Positions 20,708 through 30,563 are shown, counted from the first letter of the stretch. The stretch is DNA of 64,000 nt from an uncultured virus (IMG/VR IMGVR_UViG_3300026191_000001) (IMGVR_UViG_3300026191_000001:1-64000), one strand, 5' to 3'. Numbers and translations: made by a program. The notes: generated by a model not told the origin, from the letters alone.

Positions 20708-21595
20708 TTACTCTTCGTTATTCAAATTAAACGCCGCTTTAAGGTCCAGCGCTAACGATAGAAGTGCACTGGCCCCGAGATAGATTTCTGAATCGAGACG
20801 CGCTTCCTGTTGGTCCTTAGGAATATCGTCACTTTCTTCAATCAAGCGATCTGAGTACTTGATACGCTTAACAGAACCATCTTCACAAAGCATAGCAGTC
20901 AATTGGTCGTCATAACTGACAGCAAGTTTCTGAACGAGCTTGCCTGAGTCTAAACACAGTTGAATTTCTTCTGAGTCTAGTTCTTGATTTTTTGCACGGA
21001 TAACCGCTTTTGTCTCATCTGCGGCTTGAAGCTCAGTCTCTTCGAGCAATTCAAATTTGTCAGGGTGGCCATTAACAACCCAGCTTGTTAGGTCTGAAGC
21101 AAGAGAGCGTCTTGCGAATGGAACTAACGGTAAACTACCTAGCGCTTTGCGAAGTACCGCAAGGAAGATTTCTGCCTCACCATCTGAAGAGGCATTCACT
21201 AACACTAGTTTATGCTCTGGGATGATTGTGCCAATAGTCGAGGTTTGGTCTGTGAACGCACGCGGTGTTAGAAGTGTGACTATCTCTTCTTTTAAGTCTT
21301 GGCGCTGTTTTTTCCCAACCGGTGATCCCGTTTCCGCTTCAATAAGCTTAACCTTTGCTTCTAACTCTCGGTTGATAACACGGGCCGGTAGTATCTTGCT
21401 CTCTTTTAAAAGCTTAACCGTGTAAATACCTTGAACTTCGTGCGCCAGTAGCGAACCGATAATTGGTGCAAAGCCTAACGAGGCTAGGGTATGCGAACCG
21501 CAAGGGTGAAAGGGGATTGCCTCTAGCGCTGGCACTAGGTTAGACAAGTCTACATTTTGAGTAAGTGAATAAATCTTTGCGTTTTTAAAATACAT
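20708..21595 (-). CDS. rdgC: Recombination-associated protein RdgC
   Basis: MYFKNAKIY..FHPCGS..ESKILPARVI..LTPRAF..LRKALGSLP..GKLVQKLA. Confidence 0.92.
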   Translation of the reverse strand: MYFKNAKIYSLTQNVDLSNLVPALEAIPFHPCGSHTLASLGFAPIIGSLLAHEVQGIYTVKLLKESKILPARVINRELEAKVKLIEAETGSPVGKKQRQDLKEEIVTLLTPRAFTDQTSTIGTIIPEHKLVLVNASSDGEAEIFLAVLRKALGSLPLVPFARRSLASDLTSWVVNGHPDKFELLEETELQAADETKAVIRAKNQELDSEEIQLCLDSGKLVQKLAVSYDDQLTAMLCEDGSVKRIKYSDRLIEESDDIPKDQQEARLDSEIYLGASALLSLALDLKAAFNLNNEE

Positions 21596-21620
21596 CGTCA
21601 ATTTCCTGTTTTTTAGTTAG

Positions 21621-21833
21621 TTAAGCTGGTAGTTGGGGACTGTGTGTAGACACCTTACCTTCATACAGTCTCGCTATTTCGTTCCAGTTCTGAATGCTTC
21701 GTGCGCCGTAAATTGCTGGCAGCATCAAAATGCGGCCATCACAAACGTGACAGAAGCAAGCCCAGTTACTCGCGCCGCCAGCCCCGCAATCAGGGCACAC
21801 CACGCGAATCATTTTAAGTTCGGATATGCTCAT
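21621..21833 (-). CDS. Small Cys-rich (zinc-finger-like) protein
   Basis: CPDCG..CFCHVC. Confidence 0.55.
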   Translation of the reverse strand: MSISELKMIRVVCPDCGAGGASNWACFCHVCDGRILMLPAIYGARSIQNWNEIARLYEGKVSTHSPQLPA

Positions 21834-22257
21834 TCTTGAACCCCATTCGATAGAACTTATCTTTAATCGCAACCAGTGTTCGATTGGGGAACTCAGTTTC
21901 AAGCTCTTCGAACGTTGTTTTATTCCTGGCCATTTTAAATAGCTTGGTTTCTTCTTCCGAGGACCAAGCATTCTTTTTTGTTTTTCGGTTAATCGGCATA
22001 ATTAACCCCCCCTTACGAGTCAATTTCTTTTGCCACACGAAGGGATGCCAGTCTCTCGAGTAAGCAAAGTGGGTTCTCATGGGGTAACTAAACGGGTCTC
22101 GGATTGAAAACCGGCCCAGCGAATAAAGCTTCCAAGTGCCGTACTTACGCAACTTGTTTAAAAGCTGTACGTTAAAGCGCCAAAACTTACTCGTTTTATT
22201 GTCGATAATTCGAGGTCTAAACTTCATAACGTAAAAAATATAAATTGCTCTAACCAT
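21814..22257 (-). CDS. Hypothetical protein with C-terminal Myb/SANT-like HTH (alternative start at 21999)
   Basis: WSSEEETKL..FPNRTLVAIKDKF; G-rich RBS before ATG 21999. Confidence 0.5.
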   Translation of the reverse strand: MVRAIYIFYVMKFRPRIIDNKTSKFWRFNVQLLNKLRKYGTWKLYSLGRFSIRDPFSYPMRTHFAYSRDWHPFVWQKKLTRKGGLIMPINRKTKKNAWSSEEETKLFKMARNKTTFEELETEFPNRTLVAIKDKFYRMGFKNEHIRT

Positions 22258-22261
22258 AATC

Positions 22262-22468
22262 CTATACCCTCATCCAAGTTTGATAATCGGCTTCAGTAAG
22301 CCTTTGTTCTTGCTCTGCTTCTCGCTTCTCATGTTGAGCTAAAGCGCTCTTATGCTCTGAACAAGCGAACGTACTAGCAAAGCCATTCTCACGATAAACC
22401 GCTCTTGTCGTCTTGGGAGCGCAAAACGAGCACCAAGGGCCTAGCTGGTTAGCTTTTAGTTTTTTCAT
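22262..22468 (-). CDS. Small Cys-containing hypothetical protein
   Basis: WCSFC..ACSEH; GGAG RBS. Confidence 0.6.
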   Translation of the reverse strand: MKKLKANQLGPWCSFCAPKTTRAVYRENGFASTFACSEHKSALAQHEKREAEQEQRLTEADYQTWMRV

Positions 22469-22787
22469 CGTCTTGCTCCTGTTTTAGAAGGCCAAGCGCG
22501 AAGCTTTTAACCCTTTCAACTGCGTGAAAATCACCGACAAGCTCAACGCTGCTATCGCCTTTTGGATTTTGAGTAACGTTCACTTCTTTTATGCCTTGTA
22601 AGTTAAGGTTAGGCTCTGAAAGCTTACTTTCTTGCTCCTTTATTTTATTTTCAATCAACTTGCAAATCATCGCACCAATTGCTGCGGTGTGCGTGAACAG
22701 CAGGTATAAAGGGTCTAATTCCAACCCGTACCAAATCATAAAGAACAAGAAGCCACCGATAGAAAGTTGGGTGCTGTATTTCATCAC
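22449..22787 (-). CDS. Two-TM hypothetical protein
   Basis: Two N-terminal hydrophobic segments. Confidence 0.55.
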   Translation of the reverse strand: MMKYSTQLSIGGFLFFMIWYGLELDPLYLLFTHTAAIGAMICKLIENKIKEQESKLSEPNLNLQGIKEVNVTQNPKGDSSVELVGDFHAVERVKSFALGLLKQEQDDEKTKS

Positions 22788-22796
22788 TCTTGCTCC

Positions 22797-22934
22797 CTAC
22801 TTAAATAAACTTATTTCAACAAATGAAAACAACCACAAGATAAACTCAACAGCACACCAACCCAGTAACATAATTATGAAGACCATAATTAGAAGCTCTC
22901 CTTTTGTTGGTAAAATTCTCCCTATTGGTCCCAT
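22797..22934 (-). CDS. 45-aa membrane peptide (not in ORF track)
   Basis: MGPIGRILPTKGELLIMVFIIMLLGWCAVEFILWLFSFVEISLFK, TGATG-coupled to the upstream gene. Confidence 0.45.
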   Translation of the reverse strand: MGPIGRILPTKGELLIMVFIIMLLGWCAVEFILWLFSFVEISLFK

Positions 22935-23353
22935 CACTCTTGCTCATTGCGTAGTTGTTTTATGTAATAAACTATATGGTCTTTTACAACATGACTTACT
23001 GTCACAGGTTCAACTCTTCCAAGTATAAACTCAAGCGCTTCAATCTTCTTCTCTATGGCGAATTTGTTTAGCGCATCGACTGAAGACCCTTCTATAAAAG
23101 CTTCATAAATATCGTCTGCCAGATCACACCTTGTATAGTACTCGCCGTCTTCTTGCATATCCAAAAGCGGCTCAATTTGCTTTGTAAGTAATTGATGTTG
23201 AGACTCCAGTTCAGCAACACGCTCATTAGCCTTTGCAAGTAACGCATCAGCAAAGTCGTAAACATAAGGATTTAAGTCCATTTTTCCGCTTGGCTGCTCT
23301 TTCAGCTTGAAACCATTGGATAATGCTAAATCTTTTATTTGCTTCTTATTCAC
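22934..23353 (-). CDS. Hypothetical phage protein
   Basis: GTG start after AAGGAG; ALSNGFKLKEQPSGKMDLNPYVYDFA. Confidence 0.6.
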   Translation of the reverse strand: MNKKQIKDLALSNGFKLKEQPSGKMDLNPYVYDFADALLAKANERVAELESQHQLLTKQIEPLLDMQEDGEYYTRCDLADDIYEAFIEGSSVDALNKFAIEKKIEALEFILGRVEPVTVSHVVKDHIVYYIKQLRNEQE

Positions 23354-23888
23354 TGTCTTGCTCCTTGCGTAGTTGTTCGATGCTTGTTGTCTCAATTCTG
23401 TGCTCGTGACTTTTGAGCATGTAAAGAGGTATGTAGCAATCGCCAGCGGTGTCAGGGTAAAAAGAACCTTCTTCTGTTTTTGCGTAAGTAATTTGGTCGC
23501 CATTAGTAAAGCCAACATGCACAAGTTCGTTGTTTTTGGCGTCTTGCTCCAACCTCGCAACTTTAGTCACTAACTCCTTATTCGATTCAATTAAGGCCTC
23601 AGTCATACTTTTCCCTGGTTCAACCTTTACGTTCTCCCGACAGTAATCCCAGATAGGGGTTAGAACCTCTTTGTATTCTTTGTTTACTCGAGAGAGATTT
23701 TCCAAACGCTTATTCGCATCCCCTAAAACCTTTTGACCCTCCTCAAAGGCCTCAAATAAGTTCTTATAATCCTCTTTGCCCTTGCTTAGCTCCCCGTCCA
23801 TTTCATTCAGAGCTTCTACAACGCTAGTCATTAGCATCCTAAAACCGTTGCAATAAATGAAACCATTAAGAAATTTGTATTTGATCAC
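23346..23888 (-). CDS. Hypothetical coiled-coil protein
   Basis: Overlapping operon gene. Confidence 0.6.
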   Translation of the reverse strand: MIKYKFLNGFIYCNGFRMLMTSVVEALNEMDGELSKGKEDYKNLFEAFEEGQKVLGDANKRLENLSRVNKEYKEVLTPIWDYCRENVKVEPGKSMTEALIESNKELVTKVARLEQDAKNNELVHVGFTNGDQITYAKTEEGSFYPDTAGDCYIPLYMLKSHEHRIETTSIEQLRKEQDSE

Positions 23889-24403
23889 GCCACTTTCTCC
23901 TTCTCAAGCTGTTCGTTCTCCCACGTTGATAGGTAATCGAACGCACCAAGGTTTTCGTAAATCTTGCCAAGGGTCTCGAGGTCAAGGTTTTCCGTTTCAT
24001 CCATAACTGGAATAGCGACCCAGGCCATCGTGATAATATGAAGTGGGTTTTGTTTTTCTTTGAAGGCCACATGAACCTCGTTGAGGTACTTATTTAAGCG
24101 CTCATCGGACTGGCGGTAACGCGATTGGAAATAATGTGGTTCACTAACGACGTACTCTTTTCCGTTCTGATCACGACAAACCACAGAACATTCGTAATAC
24201 CAGTTGAAACAACCCTTCTCAACGCTCTCGGCCACATCCACCGTTACGTTAAGTTCCTCGCCCGTCTTATAGTCAATAAGCGTGCAATACTTCGTTTCAC
24301 CCAACACCATCGCGATAGCAAAGTTCTTAACTTTGTCGCGAACCACAAGGTCTAGATACTTTCGAGGGTTGTATTTCTTATTACGCTTGGCTTTCTTTTT
24401 CAT
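23885..24403 (-). CDS. Hypothetical protein
   Basis: Overlapping operon gene with basic N-terminus. Confidence 0.65.
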   Translation of the reverse strand: MKKKAKRNKKYNPRKYLDLVVRDKVKNFAIAMVLGETKYCTLIDYKTGEELNVTVDVAESVEKGCFNWYYECSVVCRDQNGKEYVVSEPHYFQSRYRQSDERLNKYLNEVHVAFKEKQNPLHIITMAWVAIPVMDETENLDLETLGKIYENLGAFDYLSTWENEQLEKEKVA

Positions 24404-25007
24404 CAGTCCATTTCCGGTTGTCTATCTTCTTGCTGCGACGCTTTTTAGGCTTATCCCAGTTAAGGCGCCCAACGTTCGAGTCTACGAGTAAAATCCCCGT
24501 AGGGTCCCAGCAGAACCACGCATACTCGCAGCTATCACCACCCCCACCACTAAAGTCAGGGCGAGGTACCGCGACAATAATTTTATCAGGCGGGTTATCC
24601 GCCCAGAACTGTTCACGCTTCTTTGTCCCTAAAGCGTTAATCCGCATTAAGAAGCATACAAACCCGTGGTCCGCGGCCTCACTGCGTGCTTTGGTGACAA
24701 ACTCTTCGAAAAGCGAGAATGGGGGATTAGTTACGATAATATCGAAGTGTAATGGGGTAAGGTCTGTCTCTAGGTAGTTCAAACCTTCCTGAATCTCGCA
24801 GTAATACTTTTCAAAGTCCTGTGGTACCAAGTCGTAGATATTTCTTTTCAGACCACGACACGGCTCTAGGAACCTAGCTGGCCGGTTGTCGTAGGACGCA
24901 AAGTGCCTAAGCGCATCCCAGTCAATATACTTGAATAAGGCTTCGACAAGTTCTCGCGGGGTAGGGTAGTCTTCGAACTCAGCGACCTTTTTATTTGTGC
25001 TACTCAT
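24381..25007 (-). CDS. DNA N6-adenine methyltransferase
   Basis: DYPTP, FLEPCRG, IVTNPPFS, EYAWFCW. Confidence 0.85.
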   Translation of the reverse strand: MSSTNKKVAEFEDYPTPRELVEALFKYIDWDALRHFASYDNRPARFLEPCRGLKRNIYDLVPQDFEKYYCEIQEGLNYLETDLTPLHFDIIVTNPPFSLFEEFVTKARSEAADHGFVCFLMRINALGTKKREQFWADNPPDKIIVAVPRPDFSGGGGDSCEYAWFCWDPTGILLVDSNVGRLNWDKPKKRRSKKIDNRKWTDEKESQA

Positions 25008-25038
25008 AATCGTTCTCGAGGGGCCGAAGCCCCAACCA

Positions 25039-25842
25039 CTATAAGTTGATAGGAATTGCTAAAGCGTCGAAGACAGCTTTGGCCGCTACGGTGTCTTGCT
25101 TACCGATAATCGTACCAGCGTTAATTTCGCTTTGTGGTACGTGGAAGAAACCGATGATCTTCCAGAACTTCTTCAGCTCATCACGACTCTCAACAAATCG
25201 AGTAGCCATCGCTTTAGTGAAACCCGCTTCAGCTTCAACTTGCTCCGCTGTGATAGGGTCGTCACTCTGCAGAGCATCTTCTAAGAAGCACTTGGCTGAG
25301 TCACTTAGCTTTTGGTATGTAGCGTGACCAAAGCGTGAGAGGCCGGTAATGGCATCCGATTTATCACCTACCAGGGTTTTGTAAAGGCGCATATCATCGG
25401 GCTTGAATTCTTTAAGCTTCTCACTAACGTATTCCATGGTTACCGTGTCGCTGAGTAGCTGGCGATAATCTTGGTCGTTACTATCAATAAAGATTTCAGT
25501 CTCAGGGGATTTGGTATTTACCAGCTCGGCAATAACATCATCAGCTTCTCGGCCCTCGCATCTAATCTGGATGCAGCCTGAGTGTGTAAGCAATTCACGG
25601 AACTTATCCATGAAGAGGTAAAATTCGTCGGTAGAATCGGAGCTGGCTTTGTATGCTGGGTGGATATCTTGGCGAGGCTTCTTAGCGTTCGCACCATCCC
25701 AAACCCATATTAACGAGCCATAAGGAGAGTTATTTGCACAGGCCTGAACATAGGCGTGAATAGCCCAGCTAGGACCATCGCTTTCAAACTTGCGGCGAAG
25801 AAGGTTATTACCATCACAAATGTGTAGTTTTAGCTTTGTCAT
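25039..25842 (-). CDS. 5'-3' exonuclease (FEN/T5 D15-like)
   Basis: ICDGNN, WDG..YKA, EADDVIA, SNDQD, LVGDKSDAITGL. Confidence 0.9.
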   Translation of the reverse strand: MTKLKLHICDGNNLLRRKFESDGPSWAIHAYVQACANNSPYGSLIWVWDGANAKKPRQDIHPAYKASSDSTDEFYLFMDKFRELLTHSGCIQIRCEGREADDVIAELVNTKSPETEIFIDSNDQDYRQLLSDTVTMEYVSEKLKEFKPDDMRLYKTLVGDKSDAITGLSRFGHATYQKLSDSAKCFLEDALQSDDPITAEQVEAEAGFTKAMATRFVESRDELKKFWKIIGFFHVPQSEINAGTIIGKQDTVAAKAVFDALAIPINL

Positions 25843-25904
25843 ATCGTCAATTTCCGAGAGTAAAAGGGCCGGACTAGCCGACCCTTTTTAAGTTAATTAA
25901 AAGG

Positions 25905-26987
25905 TTATTGTGCTGCGATTTGGCCTTGTGCTTGACCAATCAGTTTGAATTCCAAGGTACCCCACTTGTAAGTGATACCTTTAGGAGCAACCGGTTGGTT
26001 AGACACTTCAACAATCACTTTCTGACCTAATAAACCAGCTTGCTTACACGCATTGTGGAAGTTCTGCCAGTTCTGCCATCCCGTCTTAGCCGTAGTATGA
26101 CCAATCATAATACCTGCTTGAGCAATTACCTCGCCTTGTTGGTTAGCAATGTCGTTGATTGAACGCATTGGTAACTGAACGCTGGGGAACGGTACGTTAG
26201 GCTTTTTCGGGTCTGTGGTGGTGCCGTAGGCTGTCATTACCGCATTCGCCCAAGGTTGGCCATCTGAGCCAATCAAACCATCGTATGTGTGAACGTAGTT
26301 GGTTTGGTCACCTGTAGCCCCTGCTACGGTCCAGCGAACCATTTGGCACAACATATAGCCCACGTTCTCAGTCATATCAATCTCAACCTGGAAGGGGTTA
26401 AGAAGTGTTGACGGAGCACTACCTAAAACCATACCGTGGTAGCTTGGCTTCAGCCAATCTTGAACCAACAGGTCAGAGTTAGACATGGTATCCATCGACA
26501 TTTCGCGCTGACCAATAAACTTAGCCAACTCTGGCGGTAAGTTCGCTGGTAGGTCCATGCCGGTGTTTCCAACTGGGTTCACAGCCATAGGCGTTTGCTG
26601 AGCCTGAGCCGTTTGCTGCGCTTGCTGGGCTTGCGCTGCTTGCTGTGCTTGTAACTGTTGTTGTAAGTGCTGTGGAATAGCACTTGTTTGCTGCGTATTA
26701 ACCGGCGTGGTATTAGCTTGCTGGTTAACAACTTGGGGGTTAGCTTGGTTCGTGGTTTGTTGTGGTGTGGCTTCCGCAGTCTGAGTATAAGTCTCAGTCT
26801 GGTTAACAACCTGAGGGTTAGCTTGAGCCTGTGTAGCTTGCTGCTGCGTAGTCTCGGCTTGAGCGGTGTTAGCTTGCTGGTAGTCTTGACCTACGGCTTG
26901 CTGGGTAACTTGAGTTTCTTGCTGAGTAGTAGCGGCTTGAGCTGCGTTATTTTGAGCAGCGGCGATCATTTGTTCGATATTGTTCAT
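25905..26987 (-). CDS. Protein with long Gln/Ala/Thr-rich N-terminus; possible ssDNA-binding protein
   Basis: About 140-aa low-complexity region, then a globular domain; lies between helicase and exonuclease. Confidence 0.5.
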   Translation of the reverse strand: MNNIEQMIAAAQNNAAQAATTQQETQVTQQAVGQDYQQANTAQAETTQQQATQAQANPQVVNQTETYTQTAEATPQQTTNQANPQVVNQQANTTPVNTQQTSAIPQHLQQQLQAQQAAQAQQAQQTAQAQQTPMAVNPVGNTGMDLPANLPPELAKFIGQREMSMDTMSNSDLLVQDWLKPSYHGMVLGSAPSTLLNPFQVEIDMTENVGYMLCQMVRWTVAGATGDQTNYVHTYDGLIGSDGQPWANAVMTAYGTTTDPKKPNVPFPSVQLPMRSINDIANQQGEVIAQAGIMIGHTTAKTGWQNWQNFHNACKQAGLLGQKVIVEVSNQPVAPKGITYKWGTLEFKLIGQAQGQIAAQ

Positions 26988-27120
26988 CGTCAATTTCCTG
27001 ATTGTAGATTAATTACATTTTGATTAATTACTGTTTGTGCGGCTTTCGCCCTTCGCTTTTCTCCGAAGTTCAGCTATATCGCAGTTTAATGCGGTATAGA
27101 TGATAACCTTAGCTTATTAA

Positions 27121-27390
27121 TTAACCTTCGTCAACTAATGTGGCAATTTCTTTTTCCGCGGCATCTAAGAACGTTCTTAGTGTCGCTATATTTTTCTTTG
27201 ATTCCGCTAGGAAAGTCTCTAATTCTTTACCTTTAAGGTTCTGAAGTGCTTGCTGCATCTTGAGTAGAGTGTACTCCGCCTGATGCTCTGCTTGGTCCGA
27301 GGGATTATTCAACGCCTTAGAAAAAAAATCTAAGTTGGCTTTGAGCATAGCGGGAATAACTCTTATTTCAGTTGGCTTAAACTGTAGCAT
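27121..27390 (-). CDS. Hypothetical protein
   Basis: GGAG RBS, 89 aa. Confidence 0.6.
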   Translation of the reverse strand: MLQFKPTEIRVIPAMLKANLDFFSKALNNPSDQAEHQAEYTLLKMQQALQNLKGKELETFLAESKKNIATLRTFLDAAEKEIATLVDEG

Positions 27391-27480
27391 TTATATTCTC
27401 CGTAACGGTTTGATGAAACGCGTCTGTAGACAGCGCAATTTTTACAGCTAGTGCAACTTTTGTCATTTTCATAATGATCC

Positions 27481-28959
27481 TTAAGCGGCTTGCATTATTG
27501 GGGTTACAAGGTCAACCGTTACACCTTCTTCAACTTGTGTACGGTCATTCGATTTATTCAGCAGTTTCTTAGCTACGTGAAGCTCTAGGCCACCACGATA
27601 GACAAGCAAGGTAATTCGCACGGCTTTCTCTCTAACACCCCGAAGCGCTCTTCGATAGTTCTGGATGAATGTCGTGTCTTGCCAGTCGAAAGAGGTAAAT
27701 ATCATGTGGTCTACATGACCCCAGTTAAAACCAACACCAGCTACTTCAGGGCTACAAATCAACACATCAATTTCACCTTGGCGAAACTTGTGGTCTATTT
27801 CTCCGCGTCGGCTGGTTATGCTGCCGTTTATATACTCAGCACGTAGCCCCATTTTTTCGCATATCTTCTTATAGCGTGCATGGGCCGCAACAACCGTTTC
27901 GAAGATAATCAAAGGTTCTTCGTTGAACTTGTGCGTCTCAAGGTGCTGCATAAGGTGTGCGTCTTTACCATCAGAGTCGTTATGCTTTAAACCGTACTCT
28001 TCTGGGCACTGCATGATCTTAAAGCATCGCTGCAGCGTTACCGCTTCGTTCTCAGCTTCTAAGAAATCATCTTCTAGTTCAGTAATACCTTTTTGCTTAA
28101 TATCATTGAACGCTTTTGCCTGAGACGGTGACATAGTGCACATTTCGGCAACGATGATTTTCTTTTCCTTGCCGTAAGCTTGCTCATATGTAACCCGACG
28201 ACTGTGCTTATCAATAAGCGCTTGCAACCTGTCATGGTTCTTCCACATGAAAGGCTTTCCATACTCATCCAACATGGCGTGCCACATCATGAAGTTGTTG
28301 TACGTTGGATAGTACAGGGGATTAATTAACTTCAAACCTGGATACGCTGAGCACAGCCGGCCATTGATAAAGGTTCCCGTCATGATCAACAAGTCACCCC
28401 CGCGCTTCATGTACTGGTACATTTTGTGGGTGCGCTGGGGGCCAATGAACGTATTGGGTTTTCTGTAATGCGGTTCGCCATGAGTGCTGAAACCCAAATG
28501 CCACTCATCACCACAGAGGTGATAGGTGTCAGGGTATCGCTCAACAATTTCTTTGTGATTGTTGGCAAAGGCATCGAACCCCATCATAAATACTTTGGTT
28601 TCTTTGTTCGCGAACTGTTTAGCGCGTTGAGCTGGCGTACCATCTATCACCATAATTTGGTGAGGCTCTAAGTCTGACCACAACAATAATTCATGGTAGT
28701 TCTTTACGAGCAGAGATTTAGGCATCGTCCAAATAACTCGGCCATCTTTAGAGTGATGATAAACCCAGAGGCAACCTGCCGGAGTTTTACCGGTACCGGC
28801 CTCGGATAAATCCATTGAACGAGAGTTCGCCAGTGAAAAACCTAAGTGCTCGATTTGATAGGGGCGCAATGACAGTGAATCTCTTCTGTCATACACATCA
28901 TTCATATCGAACCAGATTTCGTTAGCTGGCTGCTTTGGTATCTTTTGAATGCTGGTCAT
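27481..28959 (-). CDS. SNF2-family SF2 helicase
   Basis: LRPYQ, EAGTGKT, GDEWH, MTGT, AGVGFN, QNYRRALR. Confidence 0.88.
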   Translation of the reverse strand: MTSIQKIPKQPANEIWFDMNDVYDRRDSLSLRPYQIEHLGFSLANSRSMDLSEAGTGKTPAGCLWVYHHSKDGRVIWTMPKSLLVKNYHELLLWSDLEPHQIMVIDGTPAQRAKQFANKETKVFMMGFDAFANNHKEIVERYPDTYHLCGDEWHLGFSTHGEPHYRKPNTFIGPQRTHKMYQYMKRGGDLLIMTGTFINGRLCSAYPGLKLINPLYYPTYNNFMMWHAMLDEYGKPFMWKNHDRLQALIDKHSRRVTYEQAYGKEKKIIVAEMCTMSPSQAKAFNDIKQKGITELEDDFLEAENEAVTLQRCFKIMQCPEEYGLKHNDSDGKDAHLMQHLETHKFNEEPLIIFETVVAAHARYKKICEKMGLRAEYINGSITSRRGEIDHKFRQGEIDVLICSPEVAGVGFNWGHVDHMIFTSFDWQDTTFIQNYRRALRGVREKAVRITLLVYRGGLELHVAKKLLNKSNDRTQVEEGVTVDLVTPIMQAA

Positions 28960-29263
28960 AATGGTTAGTTAATTTCATCAAATTAAGTAAATTAGTCGTG
29001 GCCTGTTGACTGGCCCCTTTCTCAAGCAACGTCACAATCGCTTGTAAATCGTTTTTCAAGTCGGGGAACACTCTTTCGATTGGGAACTCAGATTGAAGAA
29101 GTATCTCGAGTAAAAATTCCATGGGGACCTCTTTAGTCCCAGAAAGAGCCAAAGAAACTTTGGCTTGATTGCAGCCTAGCGCGTCTGCAAGGTCTTTCTG
29201 CTTAAGGTCTTTTTCTCGTATCGCATTCTTCAAAAGCGCGAGTCTTTCTGAAAATTTCAACAT
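28922..29263 (-). CDS. XRE/Cro-CI HTH regulator
   Basis: LKQKDLADALGCNQAKVSLALSG. Confidence 0.85.
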   Translation of the reverse strand: MLKFSERLALLKNAIREKDLKQKDLADALGCNQAKVSLALSGTKEVPMEFLLEILLQSEFPIERVFPDLKNDLQAIVTLLEKGASQQATTNLLNLMKLTNHYDQHSKDTKAAS

Positions 29264-29293
29264 GGCTATCGTGTCTCTTATCGTCAATTATTC

Positions 29294-29986
29294 TTATGCT
29301 ACTTTGTCAAACGAACGAATACCTTTGCAGTACTCAGATAATACGTAACTCCCCAAGTGTTCTAGGGGCAAGCTGATTAAGTCTTGTAGCGGCATAAGTT
29401 CACTAAGTTTCGTTTCTAAACGCTGAACGTGCTTTGGAAGCACAATAGAAGAGTCACCACAAAAGATAACCGTTCTTGGAGACGTCTTTGCAGCCGTGGC
29501 CAACTTCATTACGGATTCGTTGTCTGTGTTCTTCAAATCAACAAACACCATTGGGTGGATGTTTGTTTTATCAATATGCTTGATAGCGTGGTTCATGCCC
29601 ACAGCGAACAAAGGCTTTACCCATGTATGAAGAGGAGAGTTCAACCGCTCTAAGCATGCAAGCCATACCGCGGCCTCTGGGAGCTGTTCTTCGTCTAAGA
29701 AATAAACCTTCCCATTCGGTACGGGTAACATCGCTTGAACCAGTGGGTCCGCCACAATGTTGTTGAATTTACTTAAGTGGATCTTGCTTAGCTTACGTGT
29801 GGCTAAATTCACATTGATATTATGTGAGCACTGGTTTCTCAGTTGTTTAACCGTAAGATTTGATTTGGTGCCTAGGCCGATAAAGTTCCAGCCATGCGGA
29901 CAAGTATCTTGGTAGATATAGCTAACACCATCGTCCTCGTGAATACCATAGTGCCCGAGGGGTGCGGGTTCTTTTTGCAGTTGCAT
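29294..29986 (-). CDS. Hypothetical protein
   Basis: Start motif; 230 aa. Confidence 0.65.
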   Translation of the reverse strand: MQLQKEPAPLGHYGIHEDDGVSYIYQDTCPHGWNFIGLGTKSNLTVKQLRNQCSHNINVNLATRKLSKIHLSKFNNIVADPLVQAMLPVPNGKVYFLDEEQLPEAAVWLACLERLNSPLHTWVKPLFAVGMNHAIKHIDKTNIHPMVFVDLKNTDNESVMKLATAAKTSPRTVIFCGDSSIVLPKHVQRLETKLSELMPLQDLISLPLEHLGSYVLSEYCKGIRSFDKVA

Positions 29987-30012
29987 CGTCAATTTCCTGA
30001 TTGTCTGAGTAA

Positions 30013-30291
30013 TTAAAAATTAGATTTGATAATATTTATTACCCCAGTGTTAAAGAATTCTGCCAGATTTTGTAAGTCTGTCAAAGTTATTTCTTTGGTC
30101 CCTCGTCTTAAGCGACTGAAACTACTTCCAGCCATCCCGAGTTTCTTCCTCAGCGCCTCGCCATCATCATCAAACGTAAACGTTGTGTGGAAATCTATTC
30201 GCATCCCAATAGCCTTGTGCAGGGGGGATACAACCTCAAGTTGGAGCGATACTGGCTCCAACTTGGGTCGGGACTTAGTGTTTAACGACAT
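30013..30291 (-). CDS. XRE-like HTH protein
   Basis: LRKKLGMAGSSFSRLRRGTKEITLTDLQNLAEFF. Confidence 0.75.
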   Translation of the reverse strand: MSLNTKSRPKLEPVSLQLEVVSPLHKAIGMRIDFHTTFTFDDDGEALRKKLGMAGSSFSRLRRGTKEITLTDLQNLAEFFNTGVINIIKSNF

Positions 30292-30562
30292 TAGAAAGAT
30301 TCGGGATATCTAACCCCGTCTGCTGATAACGTGTTAAACGGTCTTGCATGGCCTCAATTTCACTCACTAATGAGTCGGGATAAGGTTGCTTGATCCCAAG
30401 CGTATCGGCCATTTTGTTAGCGGACTCAATATCCTTCAGCAAAGCTTTAAAGTTAGCGCTCGAACCCAGGTTACGTAGCTGGGACAACTCAGCTTGCACT
30501 TTCCTTAGCTTTACAAAGTAATCCGCCTGTAAGTTTTGTGGCATATTGTTTAGGTCCTCCAA
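30275..30562 (-). CDS. Hypothetical protein
   Basis: Operon ORF. Confidence 0.55.
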   Translation of the reverse strand: MEDLNNMPQNLQADYFVKLRKVQAELSQLRNLGSSANFKALLKDIESANKMADTLGIKQPYPDSLVSEIEAMQDRLTRYQQTGLDIPNLSNVVKH

Positions 30563-30563
30563 G

